Below are positions 29,651-43,300 of a stretch of 64,000 bases of DNA, piece after piece (position 1 is the first letter of the stretch; each line of letters opens with the position of its first letter). The stretch comes from the human T2T-CHM13v2.0 reference genome, Homo sapiens: NCBI RefSeq assembly GCF_009914755.1, contig NC_060928.1; one strand, given 5' to 3'. A program made the translations under genes and the position numbers. The notes under the pieces were generated by a model. That model was not told the DNA's origin and did no database searches. It saw only the letters and a program-made list of their open reading frames with translations.

Positions 29651-31619
29651 TATACTTGGTTCTTTTTTGGCTGCCTTCTCTTCCCTGCATACTTGGGGAA
29701 GAGAGTTCTAGGCAGAGGGTGCAGCTAGTGCAAAGGTCTTATGTAGGAGCTCATGGGGAAGAGTGAGGAGTTCAGAATGGCAGCTGGAGCCAAGCAGGTG
29801 AGGACAGAATAAGGGGCAAGATTAGAGATACGAGGTGGAGGGATCATGCAGGGCTTTGCTCATATGTCCATTTGCAAAGAGGTTCCTGCAGACTAAGCTA
29901 TTGTTAAACTGCAAGTCCATTGACTTCCACTCTCTGCCACTTCTGAAGCCCAGCTGAAATTACTATTTTTTTCCATAACATTAATCACCTAAAATACCAA
30001 AACATTTACCCATTTATTGTGAGTATTATATATGAAATGTCTTCCCCTGCTGGAATGCAAGCTTCAAGGGGGCAAGATTTTGTCTTTTTTTGCTCATTGA
30101 TACCCTAAGTGCCTAGATCAGGGAACAGCCCATAATAAGCTCTCAGCAAACATTTGTTAAATTAATAAATACTGCCTTTTGTGTTTTGGCCTGCATTTGT
30201 AGTATGCTACAGTTTTTATGGTTTTCAGTTAGCTTTTACTAATTGCACTCAAAGATAGATTTTTCTCTAAGGACATATATAGGTGAGGTAATCATACATC
30301 CTGGGTGTTTTGGGGATAATTATAGTTCAAATGCTAAGCAATACTGCCACCATAATTATTATTATACTATTCTCAATTTTCACTTAAGATATGGTTTTAA
30401 TATAAAGGGATATATATCAGTGTTTTGAGGGGCTAATTTAAATAATAAATTCTATTCCTCTAAAGTCATCTGCTATGGAGACAGGAAATTTCTAATTCTG
30501 TTTGTAGATAGGGTACATCTTACTTGGGGACTTGTAAGCAACTGATTACAATACCCCTTTTTGTTTAAAATACTTTGGAAAAAATGTAATAATAAATACA
30601 TTTACAGAAAAATACCCAAAATTAAAGAATATTCTTTCAAATTTGTCTTTCTAACCTAGGGAATACTTATAACTATATTTGCTCCTTGGATGTTTTCTGG
30701 AACATTTAAAACTTTGTGATGAGTTCATTAGGGTAATAGTGGCTAGGAACATATGTTGACCTTGCGGACTACTATGCTTTAGAACAAAGCTAAACATTAA
30801 AATATTGTTTCCCTTCCAAAAAATTTCAGCAGATGCTTATTTATTATACTATACCACTGGAATTATTGGACTTTTCTTCCTTCCTTCCACCCTTCCTTCC
30901 TTCCTTTTCTCCTTTCTTCCCTTGCTCCTCCTTTTTATGTTGGCATAGGCCTAATATAATTTATTTGCCAATATTTTCTAACAGAATCAATATGCTGTTT
31001 TTCATTACTTACTTTGTAACAATGTAATATAGTTTGTAACTAAAATGATAAGATATGACAATTTTTAAACTGCTTCTTAGGAGAAGTTGAAATGCATGGA
31101 GGGGTGAGCTCCACCACATTATGTAGTACCATACTCAGGTAAATTAACACAAAGCGCTACATTTTTGTGTATTTAATGTCAAAGATTAAGAATAATGTTC
31201 AGTTGTTGTAAGGGTGGGGTGCAGTATTCTCAGTACTGCTTATAGGAACACAAATTAACCAACTGATTAAGAACATCACAAATATCTATACCCTTTGAGC
31301 CAGTGATTCTACCCCTTGGAATTGAATTTAAGATAGTAAACAAAATAACTGGTTAGGGCTTATGAACAATGAAGTTCATTGTAGGGTTATACAGAAGAAA
31401 CTTGCTCAATAATCTGCCCCTAACGGACAGACAAATTTTCTGTTCCCAAAGTGGGACTTCCTGAGGATGCCATGACTCAAGGAATCCTGGCAGCTGGTGG
31501 GCCTCTCTCTGGCAGGCCTGCCCAGTACCTGTCACTGATATTGCATGAGACCAAGAGTAAGTGGCTCTTCATAAACTTATGCATGCCACTTACTCTTGTT
31601 CTTTTCACCACATAATTTG

Positions 31620-32050
31620 ACTACAATTATATTATATAAAAAGGATGAAGCATGAGTTCAGAAAGTGTTCTTGTTCCTTTGAAATGAAGTTGAATGGTTT
31701 AGGAAAACTTGACAAAGGTGGGTTGCTAAAACCAAGTTGCTATTGCATTAAGGGTGAGTGAGACAGCTGTAAAAGATAGGAAAATCGTTGTAAACACCTA
31801 ACATTCTTATTCTTAATTACAACTGCATCTCCCTATTGTAACAAAATGGAAGCAGAAAAATATTGAGGTTCCATAGTGAGTTTCTGTAAGAAAGATGATC
31901 CAAAACTCCAATCAATGGATCCGTTCTCAAAGAAGACATCTGGCCTTATAAATGATTAGTGAATGATATAAACTCACTAAATCCTTAGTGAATGATACAA
32001 ATTCAAGTGTTTTAAGTTGAAAGAAAAACCTTAGGAATATATGTGTCATT
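31620..32050 (+). mobile_element. Tigger/pogo DNA transposon relic (transposase N-terminal HTH region)
   Basis: Frameshifted translation resembles pogo-type KLN..GKLDKG..L...GVSETAVKD and PINGSVLKE (cf. PISGPILKEKA). Confidence 0.55.
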
Positions 32051-32899
32051 TTTATAGTTCTTAATTTTTACTAATTTTTGATATATCAATTAATTGTGAT
32101 GCTATAGGCTGCAATAAATTTATATATAACATAACATGTAGAGAAAATATATATGTAAAGAAAATTAGAAGGAAGTAGACTAAGTGTCAGTTGGTTACCA
32201 TAGGGTGGGGTTATGGGTGATTTTTAAAACTATTCTTTTGTATTTGAAAAACTCTGGAAACAGTCTTATTTCAACTGTGTAAAATGTAGCAAAATGTAAA
32301 AGAAGGGTAACACTGGGAAAACAAGATTCCTACCAAGTCGAACCCCATAGCCAAGAGGTTTCCCATTTTATAATCCTTGTTAAAACTTCCGAGTTAACCA
32401 CCGCTAAGAATATTCATGGTGCAAAATTGAGAAGGGTGTTCCTCTCTGCAACTGCACTTTTGAATCTTGTTTTATATCAATGCACTCTCTGGATTTTCCA
32501 ATATTACACCAGTTCTTACTTTGTTTAAACCAGTTCTACACATGGGTATGAAGTATATAATTAGGCTGTACTAGATATCTGAGAAGAAATCTGGGATTAG
32601 ACCTGCCTCGGTGAGGTACCCTTATTATATGTTGCTGCTTGATAGTACTAACCAGCTTTAGAAGGTTCACTGTCACCCTGACATGGAGGCACATGATGCA
32701 TCTGGTTCAACAGCATTAAAATACCTTTTCTAGGAGTTGCTTATCACTGGTCCTCATTGGTCCTTAACATTCTTTCCTGTCTGGGCCCCAGTCCATCTCT
32801 GGCTTCTGGTGTAAGCCATATAGATGCCACAGTCTCTTTTACTTCTGAATTTAGGATCTATTATCTCTTCTTTTGTTATTAATGTCTATAAGTGCTACA

Positions 32900-33600
32900 T
32901 GCATTTGAGTTGGACTTTAAATGATAGGGAAGATTTCAACTGTACAGGAGGGAGGACATTAGAGAAACCTACACAAAGAAAGGTGCAGATGTTGGGGGAA
33001 TATTCCACTTATTCGGGAAAGGGTGGGTTGTCCTGAAAGCTTCAGCATAGTATATTCATAAGCAGAGGTATCATCAGAAACATTTATCATCTAGTACACA
33101 CCTAGATGTGCCTGACTTATCAGATTGCGTGATATTTGTAAAAGCATAATACTGGGATGTAGTTACGCAAAAGTGGCTATTACTGGGAGACAACAAACAG
33201 ATTGAGTAAAACTGGAAAGCCTTAATAGCCTCAACAAGTTTGGGCTTTTGTGGTGGGCAATAGGAAGTTACTAGAGGTTTTCCAACAGACCAGTGAAACA
33301 ATTAGAAAACTTAAAAAAGAAGTAGTTTTAAAGTTGCTCTGATTAGCAGGGGAAAGTCCACAGGTAGAGTGATCAACTATGAGGCTGTTTCCATACAAGA
33401 GATAGGAAAGAATCCATCAATGTTGTTAGTAAGAATACAAAGAGAAAAGAGATATGGAAATTATTACAGAAGTGGCATTGGCAGCATTTAATGACTGGTG
33501 GCATGTAGGAAGCAAGGCTAGAAAAAGAATCAGGGATGATTCTAAGATTTCAAACCAGAGTGATTAGGAGAATGTTGGAGAGATTGCAAAGATGGTTCAA
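32900..33600 (-). mobile_element. L2 relic
   Basis: Purine-rich L2 landmarks: TTTGAGTTGGACTTTAAATGATAGG, TCAGGGATGATTCTAAGATTTC. Confidence 0.55.
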
Positions 33601-33869
33601 GCACAGGGAACAAGGCTAGACTAGAAGATGTTTGTGAGTGGCTATGCCAAGGGTAGGCAAAGGGCACAGGCAGGGCACCTCTGCTACCCCTCCCAAATCC
33701 CCCCACAACTCACTTCAAATAAATGTATAGTCCAATAAAAGCAGTGTACTTCCTATGAAGCCACCCCTTCCAACTGAGTTGATCCTGAAATTCCCTTTTA
33801 TGTAAAAATTCTGAAGCCACTACTGAAGTATACAAGTGTAGAAAGATGGGAATAGCAGGCCCACAATCA

Positions 33870-34050
33870 ATTGTGTGGTGGAGCTGGCTCACAGAGCTGG
33901 TTGTGTTCATCTCTTTCCAACCCCATGATCAGTGACATCATGTAGGTAGCTTGAAATCGGGCCACTGAGGGAATATTCACACCCCAGAATTTGGCAAGCT
34001 CTCTAAATTCGGCACTTTTCCCCCAGAAAGCCAGTTGTTAAATATTTATA
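33870..34050 (+). mobile_element. MER63A (hAT-Blackjack)
   Basis: CAGTGACATCATGTAGGTAGCTTGAAATCGG...GAAAGCCAGTTGTTAAATATTTA. Confidence 0.78.
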
Positions 34051-35686
34051 TCTCTCTTGAGGAACTGGCTATGAAAGCAAGAAAAATAGTGAAGTATTAC
34101 ATAACCCTTGAATGACTGTTAAGATAAACTTTAAGAATAACAGCTGGAAGAAGAAAAAGGAGAAGCTCATGAGTTTGAGGTATGATTGATATGCATGGCT
34201 ATGAAGGTTCATGACAGGTGGGATGGCAGATTTATTCCCATGCAGAAAGGATCTCCAAATATTTCTAGGTTAGTCATTGGTATCTTGAGGAAAAATTTTC
34301 TTCTGATTTTATAAACAATGTTTAATACTCTGGTACAAATAATGTTTTTCATAGATGACCATCGTTCCTGCTTCTCATTCTTCCTGTTAGAATGGTCCTG
34401 CTGGGTTTCCTTTACAAATTAGATGAATACTTCAATTGAGCAATAATGAATTTCTTCAGCAGGCTAGCCTGCTGAATGTGGGAAGCAATTATTAAGGAGA
34501 TAGCAAATCACCATGGTAGTATATTACTAAACTTCTCTTTCAGGGCATCTTTTCAGAACTAGATCTGTGTTACAACGTCCACACCGCCCCCTCTACAAGC
34601 CCCATCTGCGCAGTCTTTCTCCTACCTCCTCCAAAAGGCTAGTGTATTTTGTACTCACTCTTTTCATAATGAATCATTTCTAAGGCTTAATCCTTCAACT
34701 GTGAAATTTATTACAGAAATTGTTCACTAGAGCAGGCAAGATACAAGAGATGATTATATCTAACTGACATTTTGCTTGGATTAAGGTTAAGATACCCATT
34801 ATTTTGAACCTTATTCTCCTATACAAGACAAAATATGGTCTTCAAACCTACTCAACTGTTGAAAAAACCATGAGGATTGTGCAGTAGGAATTTCCATTTC
34901 ATCTTCAAGAAAGATGATTAGGTGCTACAAAATAATCCAATCTCTTGCTATGTGGTTTGAGCACATAACCGGTGCTCAAAAATGTTTGTGGAAAGACTGG
35001 AATATTTTCCTGTAACAACGGGGTTCCATCACACTAAGCTTTAAATCAAATACTTGAGGAACTAAGAGAATAAATGTCCTTTTAACTTAAAATAATGTTT
35101 TCAATGGTTGGATTAATTTACTCAATCAATAATGTGCAAATCTTGAGTATTAATTCTCTTAGCTTGAGTATCTTTAATTCTCATTTAAGGAGAAAATATT
35201 TAGCATGATTTGTCCATTCATTACCATGTTAAAGTTACCAAAACAGAATACATGGTGACATTAAAAAGTATAAAGAAAGTGACAAGAGAGATATGATGAA
35301 TTTATTCACCATAAAAGGGCAAAAGGAACAGGAGAAATAAAAATATAAAGGCTTCCCTTTGTCTAGTGGTGGTACAGCTTCTCAGGAATGAAGATGGTAG
35401 ATTAATATTGATGACTTGTAAGGTTGATATAAAAAACCTGGCGACTAAGTAAGTCTCTCTGCAATTCTCTTTTATGGCAAAACAAACAAACAAACAAACA
35501 AAAAAACAACCAAAAGTGAGTTAACTGAAATCAAATAACTTATCAAAGTTGCCAGACAAATGTATACCTCTCTGAGTCTGGAAATACAAACGACTCATCT
35601 ATTTCTTATTCTTTCAACTGTACTCTTTTTCCTGTATGTATTTACCATATTTGGCATTTTAATTTTTTTGTTTGCTACGACATCTC

Positions 35687-35720
35687 TCATATATATTATA
35701 TATATTTATATATGTATATA

Positions 35721-35768
<48 letters not shown>

Positions 35769-35915
35769 GATATATATGCAGCCTCAACCTTCTGGCTCAA
35801 GCGATCCTCCCACCTCTGCCTCCCAGTAGCTGGTACTTCAGGGGCACACCACTGCACCTGGCTAATTCTTTTCGTATTTGAAGAGAGGAGGTTTCACCAG
35901 GTTGCCCAGGCTGGT
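35687..35915 (-). repeat. (TA)n microsatellite abutting a partial AluJ
   Basis: ~90 bp TA-rich tract then GCAGCCTCAACCTTCTGGCTCAAGCGATCCTCCC...GTTGCCCAGGCTGGT. Confidence 0.85.
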
Positions 35916-36547
35916 TTGCTATAAATTTCATGCATCAAGGTACACATAGGAGAAACAATAACTAATTAGACATATTGCTAAGGGCCAAGTGAATGAAAGA
36001 AAACAAAAAGTACTATGCAGAAATTGGAACTTGGTGCAGCCTAGAAGAATAAATATGCATTGTGGAAGTGGAAACTGAAAGAGAAGACAAACATTTCATA
36101 GGCTACAATGCTCAGGGATAGGTACCGTGGTCAGGCTGTGAAGTGGAAGGATCTGACTAGTGTTTTGAATACAATGTGTCAGACTATGGGAAGTTGATTA
36201 GTGGCCTGAAGAGTATACACCCCAGAGGTTAGCAATATATTATGATGTGGGAACATATTTTGTTGAATGTTACTATGCTCTAGGTGCTTTTATGTTCTAA
36301 AGATTTCATAAGCATTACCTTATTGAAACTTCACAATAATCCTAGGAGGTAGAACTCATTTAACTCATATTTTATAGTCAATGAAACTGAAGCTCAGAAA
36401 ATTTAATCAATTTGCCCAAAGTCAAATAGCTAGTAAGAAATACTGCTGACTTTAGAGCCTGCATTCTTTGTAAGCTTATTGACATGGTACCATGATAGGA
36501 ATGGCAGGATCAAAGACCCATTCCCAGTGCATGGTATAGACATACCA

Positions 36548-36846
36548 TCATCCAGGACCCCCACTTCAGACACCAAAATCCACGGATGCTCAAGCCCCTT
36601 AAACAAAACGTAGTATTTGCATATAACCTACACACATCCTTCCATGTATTTTACATTTTTTCTAGATTACTTATAATACCAAATACAATGTAAATGCTAT
36701 GTAAAGAGTTGTTATATGGTATTTTAAAAACTTGTATTTTTTATTATTGTATTGCTATTTTTTATTGTTTTCTTGAGGAATATTTTTGATCCATGGTTGG
36801 AGGAATCCATGGATGTGAAATTCATGGATAGAGAGGGCTGGCTGTA
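36548..36846. mobile_element. MER2 (TcMar-Tigger MITE)
   Basis: CCAAAATCCACGGATGCTCAAG...GTAGTATTTGCATATAACCTAC...GGATAGAGAGGGCTGGCTGTA. Confidence 0.88.
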
Positions 36847-36981
36847 TTGGGGGTAGTGGAGTAAAGGAGATGGACAAATGGTTAAAACAATAGTCTGGAC
36901 AAGCAATAAGAAGGGCAGTAGAGAAAGAAAGACAAGGGTGCAATACACGTCTTGAAGCCAGAATCATCAGAACTTGCTCTC

Positions 36982-37334
36982 TGCTACAGACTGAATATTT
37001 GTGTTTCTCCACAACTCATGTTGAAACCTCAAACCCAATGTGATGATTATTTGGAGGTGGGGCCTTTGGGAAGTGATTAGGTCATGAGGTCAGGGACCTA
37101 ATGAATGAGATTATTGCTTTTGTAAAAGAGACCCCGGAGTACTCCAAAAACCTCCTTCCCATGTGAGGTTGTGGCAAGAAGACAGCTGTCAATGAACCAG
37201 AAAGGGAACCTTCTCGAGACACTGACTGCCGGAACCTTGACCTTGGACTTTCCAGCCTCCAGAAATAAATTTCTGTTGTTTGTAAGCTATGCAGTCTGTG
37301 GTATTCTGTTACAGCAGCCTGAAAGGACTAAGAC
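36982..37334 (+). mobile_element. MLT1A-type MaLR LTR
   Basis: TGCTACAGACTGAAT...GGAGGTGGGGCCTTTGGGAAGTGATTAGGTCATGAGG...GACTAAGACA. Confidence 0.88.
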
Positions 37335-38559
37335 AGAGTAACGGGTTATGGAGGGTGGTGGAGGAAACAAGAACCTGGAAATGGGGCCTGTATCTTAGCG
37401 GGAAGGCTGTAAAAGTTGGGTTTCTAGAAAAAGACTGCAGGAAAATTGAGTGGAAAGTGGAAGGCAACAGACTCATAAAATGGCAATTGCTGGTGTTGGG
37501 CACTGAGTGGGATCATGCCTACCATACCACATACATCTCTGCTGACTCCATAAGCAATTTCCTTTTGAAGATTCATGATCAGTCACACCAGAGTGGCAAT
37601 CACGATTATCACTGCACTTATCAGTTTAGAACTTATGAAAATGAAATTTTCTTTTGATATTCTCCATTACTCTTTGAGCATTTAACTCAAACTTCCATTT
37701 CCTCTGAATTTGTTTGGTACTTTTCTGACGGTATGTTTCTAATTGTTTTAAAATGAGTGTGGTTAGTAGAACTTTTGCTTTAATGGAATATTTAGGCTAT
37801 CACAAACTTTCTCTGTGAATCAGCTACACCAGTGGATTTCATGCTTTTTTGACACCATCCAGTGTAAAAAAAAATGATATAACAACCCAGTACACACATT
37901 CATATTCAACTACCTACCTATTTTACCAAAATCAAATGTTAATAAAACAACACTTATCTTCTGATATTCTCTATTCAATTCTATTCCATTTAAAAATGCT
38001 CACTGAAACTCACCAAATTGATATGCATAGTGACCCACAGATTGAAAACAGCAAGCTTAATTCAGAGCTCCATCCAAATAGGTAACCATCAGCTTGGGCC
38101 CTCTGGTATCTATCACAGAATCTAGCACATAGAGCTTTAGAAGTGTTGAAAATGAGAAAGAAGGAATGAACCACATTTTTTTTTGTAGATCATTTATTTT
38201 TCTTAATTTAAGAAACACTCAGTAAATGCATTACATGGCAATCTCACTAAGTTTATGCCATCTGAAAATTTAGTAAACTTGTTCCCAATCCCAAATGATA
38301 ACCCCAGTTATAGCTTTAATGCAATCACCACTAAAAATTGGAGCTTAAATCTACAAATTGGGGTTCACATCTCCTGAAGGTCATATCATGACAAAGCAGA
38401 ATATTACATCAATTTAGAATGTAACATTAATTGATATAGAATTTCAACAAGCTGCAAAAAACAGTTAATCTGGAGTCAAACAGATTTATGGCAACAGAGC
38501 CTCACCACTCCTACCTCTGTAATTGCTAGAACATAAACTAATGTTAAAAAACATGCCTC

Positions 38560-38872
38560 GGTCGGGCGCAGTGGCTCAGATCTGTAATCCCAGGACTTTG
38601 GGAGGCCAAGGTGGGTGGATCACGAGGTCAGGAGTTCAAGACCAGTTCAAGACCTGGCCAAAATGGTTAAACCCTGTCTCTACTAAAAATACAAAAATTA
38701 GCTAGGCGTGGTGATGGGCACCTGTAATCCCAGCTACTCAGGAGGCTGAGGCAGGGAATTGCTTGAACCAGGGAGGCAGAGGTTGCAGTGAGCCAAGATC
38801 AGGCCACTGCACTCCAGCTTGGGTGACAGAGTGAGACTCCGTCTCAAAAAACAAACAGACAAACAAACAAAC
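38560..38872 (+). mobile_element. AluS with internal 11-bp tandem duplication
   Basis: Dimer; AGTTCAAGACC twice; TSD acatgcctc. Confidence 0.93.
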
Positions 38873-39519
38873 ACATGCCTCATGATTACAGAAACACTTT
38901 TTTCATAGGTGCTGTACTCCAGCCAGCAAATCTCTGTGATATGACCTCACGAACCTCCTGGAAATGACCTGTGTGTACAACACCCATGACTAATATGTTA
39001 TGGTACGTGTCCCTCCTTCCAAATGGCAGATCTTCCTCACTGTTATATCCAATGCCAGTTTAATGTAGTCCAATTAATTAAGCAATAGTGTACTAAGTGC
39101 TAAAGTGGGCACTGAGGATACGACATGAGTAAACATAGACTCTGTCCTCAAGAAGCGTATTATGAAGTCAGAAAGGCAGATGTCTAAACAAATGATAATT
39201 CCAGAGTGGGAAAGACAGACAATGAGAGGATTAGACAAATGGGGGAAGAGGGCTTGACCAAGACAGACAAAGACTTTGCCCGATGAGTGGTGTCATTTCT
39301 CTCATGAGAAAGAATCTAGCACGTACAGCAACACGCCAAATAAATGATTGGTAATAGAAGACAAAATAACCCCGAAGTGCTATTTAACTGTGTTGTTGTC
39401 GAGGTGAAGTATGTTTGTGTTTAACTGTGCTTGTTGAAATGAAACATGTTTATTTTTGCCTGTTGTTGCTATCCTTACTAAGGTGTGGGATAACAGCAAG
39501 GAAGCTGAAATGTTTATTT

Positions 39520-39660
39520 GGAAGTTCTCAAAGTATAGTTCCTGGGCTTTTTAGGGTTCCAGGGTCTCTTTCCAGGGGGTTCGTGACGTCAAAATTTCTC
39601 TTATAATTGTACTAAAAGATACTTGCCTTTTTGACTATGTTGATATTTGCACGGACTGGA
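39520..39660. mobile_element. hAT-Charlie terminal fragment
   Basis: GTTCTCAAAGTATAGT...TCCAGGGGGTTCGTGACGTCAAAA...GATATTTGCAC. Confidence 0.5.
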
Positions 39661-40292
39661 CAAAAGGGTAATTATTTGATAGTAATCATGTTGATTTTCA
39701 CAGTGTCCCTGAAGGCATGTCCAAAAGAAAACTTGCAGGAAGGCAACACAGGGCAATGGGGAAAACACTGTTATTTAGAAGACACAGACTTGATTTTTTT
39801 GGAGCCTCAGTATCTTCATCTGGGAAATGAGAAGTTTGGCCTGGATTGTGGATCCCAAACTTAGTTGTGCAGCAGAATGATCTGGAAGGCTTTAAAAAAA
39901 TTACAGGTCTCAGGAACTTGTAGGATGAGGCAGAGATTGGGCCTTCTGGGATGATGCTGTGGGTGGGGAAGGGTAGAAAGGACTACATTTGTCAGCAATT
40001 GTCTCCCAACCCCTTGTCTTTCCAGTGTTGCCTGCCTTCCTGATAAACTTTCAGAGCTAATCAGATTGGCACTGAGGTAGAGGAGTGACGACAGGTAGCT
40101 GCTGTCCTACTCCGGAAAAGACCCATTACTGACAGGTAAATGAGGAGGCTTGGATGGCTGGTGTTTGTCACCAAATATGAACACTGAGGCAGGATGGGTT
40201 TAGGAGCTGTGGATGTGCCCAGAAGAGCTTCAGCCTCTTTGGCAAGCACTGTGTTCTGGTAGCTTCTATATTTTCCAATAATGGACTAAGTA

Positions 40293-40295
<3 letters not shown>

Positions 40296-40331
<36 letters not shown>
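40296..40331. repeat. (TG)n microsatellite
   Basis: About 18 perfect TG units. Confidence 0.97.
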
Positions 40332-40333
<2 letters not shown>

Positions 40334-43300
40334 ACGCGCATGTGCACAGTGTATGGTATGTGAGCCCACACATAGGGGATGGGTGGGAAGCAATTACCCT
40401 AAGAGTAAAGCAATGACTTTGTTTGCAAAGAAGGCTCAATTGCAAGACAGGTTTGGCCCTGTGATTTGGGTAATAGAACAAAAGCTGCGTATCTAATTTG
40501 AAATTTTTACCGATAATGTCTATATTTTGCTAGTCAAGATATTCTAATCAATGTTAAAATAATAGTACCCTGCCGAGAGCCAGCAGCCACTCAATGCTGG
40601 ATTGAGTTAGCACATTCCTTGACCTTAGGTTATGTGGGTATCTTGGAATCAGTAGAAAAAGAGAATCAAAACATACATAAAAGACAAAAGGATAGCTTTC
40701 CTCTTCTTTCTTCAGAACAGATTCCCTGACAGTCGGGTAAGATCTGCTCTGGCAGTTTGGTGCCCTGGCTAACAAGATAATAATTGCATACACTCTTGGA
40801 GGAGCAGAATGCAGCTCTCCTTCCTCCTTTCACCCATTTCCTACCAGCCCTGCAAAGAGCTGCCCAAGAAATGGTTGTGTAACCTTTGACTCGGTTGTTA
40901 TTTTTTCCCTCCTTTAATGAAGTAGACCTTTGTTTGCCTCCTTGTCCACATCACCAGCAATGACGAACTACAATGCCGTCACGGTAATGCAATCTGGGAT
41001 ACCGATCAGATGGGTTAATATTTGCCAACACATTTCACAAAGAAAAAACTCCAATCTGCCTAACTCACCTTAATGGGGGTCAGTTTTATGTGGAGCTCCC
41101 AGTTCCATAATGAATAATGCCTACAATTAACCTAGGCCAGGCCGATTTAATTTCAAGGAAAAGTTCTGCGAGTTTTACCTGCCTCAAGAGAACTGAATTC
41201 CAGGAAATTCTTGCTATAATTAGTAGAATAAGGATAAACAGTAGTACTTTTCTCTGAGCCCAGAGCCCATCTTGTCCCTTGCCACACAGCAAATAATATA
41301 GGGTATTTTTTTATGATAACAATGAATTTTGAATAGACCAACCATTCTTTAACAGATATTTATTTAGTATCTACTATGCACCAGATATCATGTACAATTT
41401 TATTTTATATAATTTTTACTTCTCTTCTTATTTATTTTACAACTTGTCTATGCATTGCTCTTTAGGTGTCTTTAAAATATTTATTTTAGTAAGATTATTA
41501 TAGTTCTTGTTGATGATATTCTAATTCATCTTTTAATGGAATCTTTCTTAATTACAGACTCCTTTCATTAGTTGATACTGCACTAGTCACTTCAATTATC
41601 ACCTAGATTTTGAATTTTGCTTTTGCTTATCATTTATATGTGCAGAGAGACTAGTTGAAAAAGACACCATCAGCAATTTCTTTTGAAAAACTAGCTATCT
41701 CTCTAGTGTTCCTCTACAGAAAATACAGGTAATCTGTTACACATGAGACATATAGCCTCCCCTCACCTGAAATCCTTGAAAGGTAAAAGAAGAAGATAAT
41801 GTGAGTGCACTGCAAACCATTAAGAAATGAAGGAAGAAGCTAGAGACTATTATTCTTGTCAGGCCTATTAGCACAGTACAGTGTTTCCCAGTCACTTTCC
41901 TATTACCCCATGATGGTAGTTCAAAGTTGATGGCATCGTTTCTCCTACTCTCATCTGTGGAGGGGACAATGTTGGCTGGGTGGTGCTTCACCTACTGAGA
42001 ATCTAGCAGCATGAGATGAGCTCCTGCAGCTCAAGTTGGAACTCATAATTAATATTCCTATATGGGGGTGGGAGGAGGACATGTCCAATGAAATGAAAGC
42101 TCATAAAGATATGTGTCAAATATGCTGGTTTAGGCGGACCTATGTATAACAATTTACATTAAAAAAGATAATTTTAATGTCTTTTTTTTTCCTTTCAACT
42201 ATTTATTCTGATACACGAGCTTCTCACACACATCTTGGGAGGAGTCTTCAGTCCAAACAAAGAATTTTTCTCCTAGAACCATTAAAGTTGGACGGTGCTG
42301 TGGCCTCAGAACAATCTATTTTCTATTGTAGTGGCTTTTGGGGTCATGGCTGGCTTCTCAAAATAGTTTAGAAAGTTTAGATCCAGGCCCAAATGGTAAC
42401 CATAGTGGCCAGTATTCCCTTCATTTGTGGGCTAAATTCGCGAGAAAACTGACAGAATTTGTCCAGGTGCGAGGCATGAGTGATGTGCAGGAGTGGAATG
42501 TCCGTCCCCAAGGAGGGGTCTGCAGTCCACAGACTGGGCATGACAGGGAAGGGACCAGGACCCCCAAGGAAAGCAGGACTGAATGTTTCCTGTTCACTAT
42601 CCCTGGCTGCTGACCCTCGTTCCGCCCACCAGGTCTACAGCTTGGCTTTGCCCCTTTTGTCACAGGACCTTATATGGTCAGTGGACAATGCTGACCTTCA
42701 GGCTACTTGTCTGCAACAAGGAGACTGCCATGTCTTCCCCGTCTGCCAACTGCTGAGTCACCTGATGTGGACATCTTAGTAATTCCAAACTCCTTTTTCA
42801 TCCTCTGCCTTTGGGTGTCTGAGCCTTCTGGGCCCACTGTCTTGTCACCAGTTGCCCATTGTTTGACTCAGAAAGCTCAGCCTTCGTCACTGGAGTCCAT
42901 CTAGTTTCACGCTGTGGTCACTGATGACCTTGATGTGGAGGGATCCAAAGGACTTTCTGCCCTCATCTTAGTTGACCTCTTAGCAACATGTGCAGGTTTC
43001 TTCCTTGAAATATGCGGTTCTATTGGCAGCCATGATCCACACAGCCTGTTCGTTTTCTTCCGTCTTTCTGCCTGGTTCATCTTGGGTAGTTCCTGCTCCT
43101 CAGCTCAGATCTATACCTTGTTGTTTTTCACCACCCCGTATTTTCCTTGGGTGATCTCTCCCAATCCCACAGCTTTATAAATCCATGTATCAGTTAGCTA
43201 TTGCTGCAATATTGCTGTGTAACAGACTACCCTGAAACTCAGTGTCAGACAGAAGTTGGCATTTTCTGAGTGAGGAAAGTGAGGCTCAGTGAGAAAAATG

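Noticed and set aside
31620-32050. Tigger transposase remnant as a possible domesticated gene like TIGD2
   Set aside because: Frameshifts and stops; short relic.
28317-41071. Other strong minus-strand donors (CGG|GTAAGT 28317-25; AAG|GTGAGT 41063-71)
   Set aside because: I could not pair them with a convincing acceptor or promoter; isolated donors are expected in 50 kb.
42916-42929. GGTCA-ctga-TGACC as an estrogen response element
   Set aside because: Spacer is 4 nt; a canonical ERE needs 3.
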